This document shows positions 46,003 to 53,553 of a DNA stretch of 64,000 bases, one piece after another; the first letter of the stretch is position 1; every line of letters starts with the position of its first letter. The position numbers and the translations under genes are program-made. This DNA comes from an uncultured Acidobacteriota bacterium (GTDB lineage: Bacteria > Acidobacteriota > Vicinamibacteria > Vicinamibacterales > UBA2999): contig CAWFTF010000018.1 in NCBI GenBank assembly GCA_963818645.1, positions 136,617 through 200,616 of the forward strand, read 5' to 3'. The notes under the pieces are model-generated. The model did not search any database and had not been told where the DNA came from. It saw nothing but the letters and a program-made list of their open reading frames with translations.

Positions 46003-46229
46003 CCAGTCAATGGAGCGATGGCGAATCCTTCGGGGTCGCTGTCCTCCACTGACCGCTTCGCACTCGCCGTATGTGCCTGGTGAGGCGGTCAGCGTGGGTC
46101 GTTCCCAACCGGGCTTACATTCCCATCCCAAATTTGCTTCGCAACGGTCAGAACCTCGACCGGCCAATTGGCCGAGGTGACGGGATACCGGCTGTGCGCC
46201 CAGGTGATGGTCGAGGTGTAACGCCGAGA

Positions 46230-47033
46230 TCAGGACGCCCGGACGAGTTGCTTGCGCGTCGTCTCGAGTGTGAACGTCAGCGACTCTTTCGGGATGCTCG
46301 TCACGAACGGACCCACGATCCAGCCGAAGCCAGTCGGAATCCCTCGCGTCAAAGAGACGGACTCGCACTGAATATAGAGTCCGCCATCACGAGCGAGGAG
46401 CCGCCAGTATGTGTTGAGTCGCCACATGTAGCCGCCGTCCTTGCCAACTGGCAACTCGCTCTCGGTCGGGGTATCCGGGTTCGCCACTTCAGCAATCCGC
46501 GTGCTGTGGATCCACCCTTCGGCGCGATCGGGTCCCCGGGCGAAGAACGCCTCGTGCTCACTGTTGACGACGACGGTGATCACCTTCTTCATCATGAACC
46601 TGAGAAAGAAGCGAAATCGATCGCCGTCGCGCGACTGCAGCTTCGACTTCGCCACAGTCGGTGCGTAGATGCGTTCGTGACGGTTGTAGTCCTGGAGGAC
46701 CGACAGCGTCTGATCGATCGTGGCACCTGGTACGAACGCTGTGCCCACCCAGTGATGAATCAGGCCTCCCGGCACATCGATCTCACGCCCGCCGTCGAGT
46801 GTCTTTGGCGCCTCGATCCAGAGCTCGCCGCGGCGCATCAGTGCAAGCGCCTCTGTCCGGCGCGCTGCCGGCAGCTTGTCTACTCGTAGAAACGACTCCG
46901 TTTTGAGTTGGCTTTCAGTTGCGCTTACGTAGCGATCGAAGGCAGCAACCGTGCGCGGTTGGAGCTCGGCGGCCGTCAACGCAACACCTCCGGCCAACAC
47001 GAGCAACGTCGCGAAAAACCATCGATAGGTCAC
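46230..47033 (-). CDS. Secreted hypothetical protein (possible START/SRPBCC-like fold)
   Basis: SD AGGAGG before GTG 47033, signal peptide, 'GLIHHWVG..FVPG', 'YMWRLNTYWR', 'QCESVSLTR'. Confidence 0.8.
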   Translation of the reverse strand: MTYRWFFATLLVLAGGVALTAAELQPRTVAAFDRYVSATESQLKTESFLRVDKLPAARRTEALALMRRGELWIEAPKTLDGGREIDVPGGLIHHWVGTAFVPGATIDQTLSVLQDYNRHERIYAPTVAKSKLQSRDGDRFRFFLRFMMKKVITVVVNSEHEAFFARGPDRAEGWIHSTRIAEVANPDTPTESELPVGKDGGYMWRLNTYWRLLARDGGLYIQCESVSLTRGIPTGFGWIVGPFVTSIPKESLTFTLETTRKQLVRAS

Positions 47034-47230
47034 AGAAGCCCTCCTACCTGAGGTGCCAACTGCACGCAAAGCGGCTCACACTGGCGACCGTCTACGAAAC
47101 AGTCGACTGAGCCATGGCGTATAGCCGAGCATACCTTGAAGCTCATCATCGCGATACCGCCATTTGGTGTTCGAAACAACCGGTTCGGACGTTCTTGTCT
47201 CATAGCCGACGGACCGGATACAGACACTAC

Positions 47231-47425
47231 GTGGCAAAGCTGGGTGATTCGAAACCATGCAGCGTATGCGGAGGGGTTACTACCCTTCGGCTCGTCCAGC
47301 CCTCGATGGCCACGCTGGGCTGGGTTGACGATGGCTCCGTTCCGTACGACGTTCCGCCCGAGCTGATGTGGCAGTGTGACGACTGCGACGATCTGCAATC
47401 GCTGCGCGACGAGCTCGAGGAGTAG
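47231..47425 (+). CDS. Small putative zinc-ribbon protein (64 aa; longer start at 47114 possible)
   Basis: Two CxxC pairs (CSVC and CDDC). Confidence 0.55.
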   Translation: MAKLGDSKPCSVCGGVTTLRLVQPSMATLGWVDDGSVPYDVPPELMWQCDDCDDLQSLRDELEE

Positions 47426-47559
47426 CCCGGTCTTCAGTCCTCGAGTCTGATCCGTGACCTCCGTCCAAGCTTTGTCGGTACATTCCGCGATGGCGGGCGC
47501 AGGAACAACGACTACTCGCAGCGACAGCACGCGAGCGCAGAGCGATTTCCGGCAGGCGG

Positions 47560-48213
47560 TCAGTCCGCTTTCACTGCCAGGATCTTTCTTCCCTGAATGA
47601 TCGCTTCTGCGAAGAGCAGCGGCACCGCCCAGCAGAACCAGCTCGTGAGCCCGATGCGCTCCTGCACCGTCCCCACTTCCCACGCCTGCAACGCCGAGGA
47701 GAGCACGCGGAACCAGACGAACGCGAATGTCACGACGTAGCTGCGGAGCATCCACTCCTTGTGCTGTTCGTAGAGATGACGACGGATCGAGAGGAACGCA
47801 AGTCCCGTCGTCGTCAGCCATGCCGTGGCGAGGCCCACGAGTCCGGAGCCGAAGACCCAGCCACCATCGGTATGGAATGCCAGATAGTACGCAGCGACGG
47901 AGCTGGTCACGACGGCGCTCATGTAGATCACACCGAGCCGTCGATGAAGACGGACGTTGCGATCGCTCAATCCAAGCCAGATCTGGATCGGCCCGGAGAA
48001 CAGCGCGATCATGCCCGTGGCGATGTGAAGAAGCAGCCAACCGCGACGCGGCCAGTAGGTGCCGAACTGCGCCTCGTTCACACCGAAGTACGGCAACGCG
48101 ACGACGGCCACGAAGATCAGGGCGATGAGACTGGCAATGCCAAGCGTCGCGATGACGCCGCGACCCACTCCAGGAGAACGTCCTGGCATGTCGATGACTG
48201 TGGCCTGACTCAT
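47560..48213 (-). CDS. DUF2306-type membrane protein
   Basis: 'LLLHI..G', 'HRRLG..Y', 'HKEWMLRSY', 6 transmembrane segments; SD GGAGG. Confidence 0.85.
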   Translation of the reverse strand: MSQATVIDMPGRSPGVGRGVIATLGIASLIALIFVAVVALPYFGVNEAQFGTYWPRRGWLLLHIATGMIALFSGPIQIWLGLSDRNVRLHRRLGVIYMSAVVTSSVAAYYLAFHTDGGWVFGSGLVGLATAWLTTTGLAFLSIRRHLYEQHKEWMLRSYVVTFAFVWFRVLSSALQAWEVGTVQERIGLTSWFCWAVPLLFAEAIIQGRKILAVKAD

Positions 48214-48279
48214 TGCGTGACCTCCTATCTGCTGGATCGGGAATCGGGCTGACTCAACGATATGCCAGAATGAAGCCCC

Positions 48280-48900
48280 ATGAGCACACTCAAGATCAAA
48301 GTGATTGTCGGAAGTAGTCGAGCAAATCGGTTCAGTGAGAAACCTGCCAGCTGGATCTTCGACCTTGCGAAGAAGCGCACGGACCTGGATGTCGAACTCC
48401 TGGATCTTCGCGACTACCCTCTGCCCTTCTTCGAAGAGGCGATGCCGCCAGGGCTGGCGAAAGATCAGTACTCGAATCCGATCGTGGTGAAGTGGCGCGA
48501 CAAGATTCGTGAAGCAGACGGTTTCATCATCTGCTCACCGGAGTACAACCACGGTTATCCCGCGGTCCTCAAGAACGCGCTCGACTACACATACTTCTCA
48601 TGGGCGCGAAAGGCGGTTGCCTTTGTGAGCTGGGGTGGCGCCGGTGGCGCCCGCTGCGTGGAGCAGCTTCGACTCGTCACCATCGAGCTCGATATGGTTC
48701 CCACTCGATGGGCGGTTCATATTCCCAATCCGTGGTTCATCAAGGACGTCAGCGAGATCGATACAGAGCAGAACCGGAACAGCGCGACGGCGCTGCTCGA
48801 TCATCTGACATGGTGGGCCGGGGCGCTGAAAGCAGCACGAAGCGACGGTAGTCGAGTCGAGTGGCGGGTGCCGATCGCAGCCCAGCGACCCAGCACCTAG
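48280..48900 (+). CDS. NADPH-dependent FMN reductase
   Basis: 'GSSR', 'SPEYNHGYPAVLKNALD', 'SWGGAGGAR'. Confidence 0.92.
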   Translation: MSTLKIKVIVGSSRANRFSEKPASWIFDLAKKRTDLDVELLDLRDYPLPFFEEAMPPGLAKDQYSNPIVVKWRDKIREADGFIICSPEYNHGYPAVLKNALDYTYFSWARKAVAFVSWGGAGGARCVEQLRLVTIELDMVPTRWAVHIPNPWFIKDVSEIDTEQNRNSATALLDHLTWWAGALKAARSDGSRVEWRVPIAAQRPST

Positions 48901-48914
48901 CTTAGCAACCTGGT

Positions 48915-49340
48915 CTACCCCTCGAGCTTCGCGTCCATCGTGATCGTCGCGTTCAACACTTTCGACACAGGACAACCGGACTTGGCGTTGTTGGCGGCTG
49001 TCTCGAATGCCTGCTTGTCGGCGCCGGGAATCTTCGCGCGCACGTCGAGATGGACGGCCGTGATCGCGAATCCTCCATCTGTCTTATCCAATGAAACCGA
49101 CGCAGTGGTCTGAATCTGCTCGGCCGTCATGCCTGCGTTACCGAGCTGCGCCGAGAGCGCCATCGAGAAGCATCCCGCATGCGCCGCGGCAATCAGCTCC
49201 TCCGGATTCGTGCCTTTCCCATCTTCGAATCGCGTGCTGAATGAATACTGCGTGTTGGACAAGACACCGCTGTCGGTGGACACGGTTCCCTTGCCGTCCT
49301 TCAACCCACCTCGCCACACTGCTGAGCCGTTTCGCTTCAT
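48915..49340 (-). CDS. osmC: OsmC family peroxiredoxin
   Basis: 'AVWRGGLKDGKG', 'GTNPEELIAAAHAGCFSMALS', 'CPVSK'. Confidence 0.95.
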   Translation of the reverse strand: MKRNGSAVWRGGLKDGKGTVSTDSGVLSNTQYSFSTRFEDGKGTNPEELIAAAHAGCFSMALSAQLGNAGMTAEQIQTTASVSLDKTDGGFAITAVHLDVRAKIPGADKQAFETAANNAKSGCPVSKVLNATITMDAKLEG

Positions 49341-49388
49341 ATGACCTCGCCGGATCACTCTACTCCGGAACGTTATGATCGGAGAGAC

Positions 49389-50666
49389 GTGAGTGTGACG
49401 GACACGAATCGCGCCATCGACGCAGTCTGGCGAATCGAATCGCCCCGCCTCATCGCCGGCCTCGCTCGCATCGTCCGTGATGTCGGGCTGGCCGAAGATC
49501 TCGCGCACGACGCTCTGGTTGCCGCACTCGAGCAGTGGCCTGAGTCAGGCATTCCCCGCAATCCTGGCGCGTGGCTCATGGCAACGGCGAAACACCGAGC
49601 CATCGACCTGTTGCGACGACGGACGCTGCTCGAGCGCAAGCACCAGGAGCTCGGCTACGAGCTGGAGATTGCGCAAGACGCCTCGACACCAGACCTCGAT
49701 GCCGTACTCGACGATGACATCGGCGATGACCTGCTGCGGTTGGTCTTCACCGCGTGCCATCCCGTGCTTTCGGCAGAGGCACGCGTGGCGCTGACGCTGC
49801 GGCTGCTCGGAGGTCTCACGACCGACGAGATCGCACGCGCGTTCCTCGTGTCCGAACCGACCGTCGCGCAGCGGATCGTCAGAGCGAAGAAGACACTCGC
49901 GAAGGAGCGCGTCCCCTTCGAGGTGCCAGGCGGTGACGAGCTCGCCGGGCGACTGTCATCCGTGCTCGAAGTGATTTACCTGATCTTCAACGAGGGCTAC
50001 TCGGCGACATCGGGTGACGATTGGATGCGGCCGGCACTCTGCGAAGACGCGTTGCGTCTGGGGCGCATCCTCGCGGGCCTGATGCCGGACGAACCGGAAG
50101 TGCACGGCCTTGTCGCGTTGATGGAGATTCAGGCGTCGCGGTCGAGTGCGCGGGTCGGCACGGACGGCGCGCCCATCCTGCTTCTCGATCAGAATCGCGC
50201 GCTCTGGGATCAGGTGCTGATTCGTCGAGGTCTCGCCGCCATCGAGCACGCCGAACAGCCCAAGCGGCCACGCGGCCCATATCTGCTCCAGGCATCGATT
50301 GCCGCCTGCCACGCACGCGCGCGCCAGCCCGAAGAGACGGACTGGATAGCTATCGCGGCTCTCTACACCGAGCTCGTCGCGGTTACTCCATCGCCGGTCG
50401 TTCAGCTCAATCGTGCGGTGGCGTTCTCGATGGCGTTCGGTCCACAGGCCGGTCTGGATCTCGTGGACACGCTCGTCGACGAGCCGACGCTCGAGAACTA
50501 CCACCTGCTTCCAAGCGTGCGCGGCGACCTGTTGTTCAAGCTGGGACGCACCCAGGAGGCACGGTCTGAGTTCGAACGCGCCGCCTCACTCACGCGGAAT
50601 ACGCGTGAACGCGAACTACTTCTCGAGCGTGCCCGAGCGTGCGAGGCGTCCGCGTCGCGAGCCTAG
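49389..50666 (+). CDS. ECF sigma factor with TPR/DUF6596 C-terminal extension (ECF42-like)
   Basis: 'AEDLAHDAL..ALEQWP..G.P.NPGAWL', 'ACHPVL', 'EIARAFLVSEPTVAQRIVRAK', 'YLIFNEGY', 'LLLDQNR..WD'. Confidence 0.9.
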   Translation: MSVTDTNRAIDAVWRIESPRLIAGLARIVRDVGLAEDLAHDALVAALEQWPESGIPRNPGAWLMATAKHRAIDLLRRRTLLERKHQELGYELEIAQDASTPDLDAVLDDDIGDDLLRLVFTACHPVLSAEARVALTLRLLGGLTTDEIARAFLVSEPTVAQRIVRAKKTLAKERVPFEVPGGDELAGRLSSVLEVIYLIFNEGYSATSGDDWMRPALCEDALRLGRILAGLMPDEPEVHGLVALMEIQASRSSARVGTDGAPILLLDQNRALWDQVLIRRGLAAIEHAEQPKRPRGPYLLQASIAACHARARQPEETDWIAIAALYTELVAVTPSPVVQLNRAVAFSMAFGPQAGLDLVDTLVDEPTLENYHLLPSVRGDLLFKLGRTQEARSEFERAASLTRNTRERELLLERARACEASASRA

Positions 50667-50694
50667 CCGTTCGGCCAGATGCTAAAATCCGCGC

Positions 50695-51468
50695 ATGAAA
50701 ACGCTCCTCTTGTCGGCCTCCCTCATCGTCTTGGTGGCGGCCACGACGCTCGACGCGCAGTGGGATCCGTATCCGTGGAAGAACATGCCTCGGACTCCCG
50801 ATGGCAAAGTCGACATGAACGCGCCGGCGCGCAGGACCGCTGACGGCAAGCCCGATCTTTCCGGCTTCTGGATGCCGGTGGAGGCCGTCAAACATCTTCT
50901 GAATCTCGCCGCAGATTTGAAGCCAGGCGAGGTGCCGTTGCAGCCCTGGGCGGAGGCGCTCTACAAGGAACGCATCGAGAACAACGGGAAGGATCACCCC
51001 GGTGTGCGGTGCTGGCCCTCTGGCATCCCCGAGAAGAACAACATCCCGGACGGCCTCAAGGTCGTGCAGACACCGGACGTGATGATCGTCCTGCACGAGT
51101 CACGCACGATTTACCGGCAGATCTTCACCGATGGCCGCCCACTCCCGAAGAACGCACAGCCTACCTGGATGGGGTACTCCATCGGCCACTGGGAAGGCGA
51201 CACGTTTATCGTCGAAACGATCGGACAGAACGGCAAGACCTGGCTCGATATGCGCGGCCTGCCCGGCACCGAGTCGCTCCGCGTGATCGAGCGTTTCACC
51301 AGGCCCAACATCGGGCGCATCAACATCAACGTCACGATCGACGATCCCGCGGCGTATACGAAACCGTGGGACGTGCAACTGGCGTGGCGGCTCGTCCCTG
51401 ACACGGATCTCATCGAGAGCATCTGCGAAGAGAACAACAAAGACCTGCCGCACATGGTGGGCAAGTAG
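50695..51468 (+). CDS. Secreted conserved hypothetical protein (paralogue of 29082-29885)
   Basis: 'DGKPDLSGFW', 'RCWPSGIP', 'RQIFTDGR', 'GYSIGHWEGDTFIVET', 'ESICEEN'. Confidence 0.85.
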   Translation: MKTLLLSASLIVLVAATTLDAQWDPYPWKNMPRTPDGKVDMNAPARRTADGKPDLSGFWMPVEAVKHLLNLAADLKPGEVPLQPWAEALYKERIENNGKDHPGVRCWPSGIPEKNNIPDGLKVVQTPDVMIVLHESRTIYRQIFTDGRPLPKNAQPTWMGYSIGHWEGDTFIVETIGQNGKTWLDMRGLPGTESLRVIERFTRPNIGRININVTIDDPAAYTKPWDVQLAWRLVPDTDLIESICEENNKDLPHMVGK

Positions 51469-51469
51469 C

Positions 51470-51517
51470 CCGGGGCCCGGGATTCGGGATTCGGGATTCG
51501 GGGTTCGGGATTCGACG
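51470..51517 (+). repeat. Heptamer array (TCGGGAT)n, about 7 units
   Basis: ccggggc ccgggat tcgggat tcgggat tcggggt tcgggat tcgacga right after the stop codon. Confidence 0.9.
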
Positions 51518-51557
51518 ATCGTAGAGTGGGGTTTCGGCCCCTGCGGGAGTTCACTGC

Positions 51558-52952
51558 ATGAGATCAATTGTGAGAACATTCGCCGGCCTCGCGGCCCTCG
51601 TGCTTGCCACGAGCGTCCTCGTGGCGCAACAGAACACGACGGTGCCGCAGCCGCGCGCAGGCGCACTGCCCGCGCCTGCAACGGCAAGCCCGAAACCGAG
51701 CCGCGCGGTCTCGCGCCCCGAAGGCATGAGCCCGAAGGCGGCGAACGGCTTCACCGTGACGATGGCCGCCGATCTTCGCGCGCCACGCATGATGGTGTAC
51801 GCGCCGAACGGCGATCTGTTCGTCAGCTCACCCGGTGCGAACAACATCACCGTGCTGCGCGACGCGAACAACGACGGCGTGTTCGAATCGCAGAGCGTAT
51901 ACGCGCAGGGCGCGCCTCCTGCCCCGCGCGGCGGCGGTCCGCCTCCTAACCCTGCTGGCGGCCAGCGTGCAGGCGGACAGGGTCGGGCGGCCGGTCCGCC
52001 GCCAGGCCCCGGACGCGGCGCTCCGCCTGTTCTCGGCGCGGGCGCGCCGGCATGCACACCACCACCCGACTTCGCTGTGAAGGGCCCCGGCACACTCGCG
52101 GCGCCGTTCGGACTCGCCTTCCATGACGGCTATCTCTACGTGGGCAACACCGCGTCGCTCGTTCGCTACAAGTACACGAATGGCGATCTGCAGGCGCAGG
52201 GCGAACCTGAGAAACTGCTCGACCTGCCGAACGGTGGTCACTCCACTCGCAACATCATCTTCAATCGCGCAGGCACGAAGATGTACATCGCTGTCGGCTC
52301 GCAGTCCAACAACGACGCGGGCGAAGACTGCCGGCGCGCCGCGATCCTGGAGTTCAATCCTGACGGTACCGGATATCGCGTGTACGCCTCGGGCATCCGC
52401 AATCCGGTCGGTCTCGCGTTGCAGCCCGACACCGACATTATCTGGACCGCGATGAACGAGCGCGACAACCTCGGCGACGATCTCGTGCCCGATTACGCCA
52501 CGTCAGTGAAGGACGGCGGCTTCTACGGCTGGCCGTACTCCTATATCGGGGAGAACTACGACCCGCGCTACATCGGGTCGTTCCCCGATCTCGTCAAGCG
52601 CACCATCGTTCCGGACGTGCTGCTGCCGGCACATGCGGCGGCGCTCGGCATCACGTTCTATACCGGCAACCAGTTCCCGCAGCGCTTCCGCAATGGCGGG
52701 TTCGTCGCGCTGCATGGATCGTGGAATCGATCGGTCGCGTCGGGTTACAAGGTGGTGTTCTTCCCGATGGTCAACGGCAAGCCGGGACCGATCGAAGACT
52801 TCCTGACTGGCTTCCTGGCGAGCGATGGAGCGAACGACACGTCGATCGATCAGTGGGGTCGGCCGGTTGGTGTGACCGTCGCGCGCGACGGCTCGCTGCT
52901 CGTGTCTGACGACACCGGCAACCGAATCTGGAGAGTCAGCGCCGCGAAATAG
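51558..52952 (+). CDS. PQQ-dependent sugar / L-sorbosone dehydrogenase family beta-propeller with a Pro/Gly-rich insert
   Basis: 'GIRNPVGL', 'NERDNLGDDLVPDY', 'FYGWPY', 'HGSWNRS', 'GRPVGV...DGSLLVSDD'. Confidence 0.9.
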   Translation: MRSIVRTFAGLAALVLATSVLVAQQNTTVPQPRAGALPAPATASPKPSRAVSRPEGMSPKAANGFTVTMAADLRAPRMMVYAPNGDLFVSSPGANNITVLRDANNDGVFESQSVYAQGAPPAPRGGGPPPNPAGGQRAGGQGRAAGPPPGPGRGAPPVLGAGAPACTPPPDFAVKGPGTLAAPFGLAFHDGYLYVGNTASLVRYKYTNGDLQAQGEPEKLLDLPNGGHSTRNIIFNRAGTKMYIAVGSQSNNDAGEDCRRAAILEFNPDGTGYRVYASGIRNPVGLALQPDTDIIWTAMNERDNLGDDLVPDYATSVKDGGFYGWPYSYIGENYDPRYIGSFPDLVKRTIVPDVLLPAHAAALGITFYTGNQFPQRFRNGGFVALHGSWNRSVASGYKVVFFPMVNGKPGPIEDFLTGFLASDGANDTSIDQWGRPVGVTVARDGSLLVSDDTGNRIWRVSAAK

Positions 52953-52964
52953 CGCTTCGCGCTT

Positions 52965-53033
52965 AACTCCCAACCTCCAACTTCCAACTCCCAAGAAAAA
53001 CTGAGCACTAATTGGAATTGGAGTTGGGAGTTG
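52965..53033. repeat. Inverted pair of heptamer arrays, (AACTCCC)n / (TTGGGAG)n
   Basis: aactccc aacctcc aacttcc aactccc ... ttggaat tggag ttgggag ttg, between convergent genes. Confidence 0.9.
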
Positions 53034-53039
53034 ACGTGA

Positions 53040-53459
53040 TCACTCCTTGTAAAGCTTCGCTCCCGCGAGCGACGCGATCACAATCTCTCCCAGCCCCCAC
53101 GCGAGTCCGAGCAAAGTCAGGTGCAGTGGCATCACGCCCATTGCCACTTGAGTGCCACCGCTCCAGAACAGTGTCATGAACCAGGCGAGGACTCCGATGA
53201 TGACTGCCGTCTTCGGTCCGGGACCGAGTCGAGGCCGAACCGCGGCATAAGTCCACACGATCGCGATACCGAGCAGGAAGCACATGACGACGAAGTAGGC
53301 GATGGCACCGCCGCCGACAGCTGGAAGATTTCGCGCCCGCAGTGCCTGTTCCATCTGCGCTCCGAGGAGTGGCACATTGAGAATCGTCTCGCCGATGTTC
53401 ACGATCAGTCCGGCAACCACTCCACCGCCGATCACGCGACCCATCCGGATTCCGTTCAC
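53040..53459 (-). CDS. Small 4-TM membrane protein (hypothetical, 139 aa)
   Basis: SD GGAGGAG before GTG; 'WTYAAVRPRLGPGPKTA'; hydrophobic segments. Confidence 0.8.
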   Translation of the reverse strand: MNGIRMGRVIGGGVVAGLIVNIGETILNVPLLGAQMEQALRARNLPAVGGGAIAYFVVMCFLLGIAIVWTYAAVRPRLGPGPKTAVIIGVLAWFMTLFWSGGTQVAMGVMPLHLTLLGLAWGLGEIVIASLAGAKLYKE

Positions 53460-53477
53460 ACTCTCCTCCATCGAACT

Positions 53478-53552
53478 AACTACCAACTCCAACTTCCAAC
53501 TCCCAAAAGAACGCAGAACGATTGGGAGTTGGGAATTGGAATTTGGGAGTTG
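53478..53552. repeat. Inverted pair of heptamer arrays, (AACTYCC)n / (TTGGGAR)n
   Basis: aactacc aactcc aacttcc aactccc ... ttgggag ttgggaa ttggaat ttgggag ttg. Confidence 0.9.
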
Positions 53553-53553
53553 A

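Noticed and set aside
51905-52045. Pro/Gly/Arg-rich low-complexity insert in the PQQ dehydrogenase (also GGGGRGGGRG in the YbhB protein)
   Set aside because: It is an in-frame flexible linker with no nucleotide-level periodicity, and such linkers are common in secreted proteins of high-GC bacteria.
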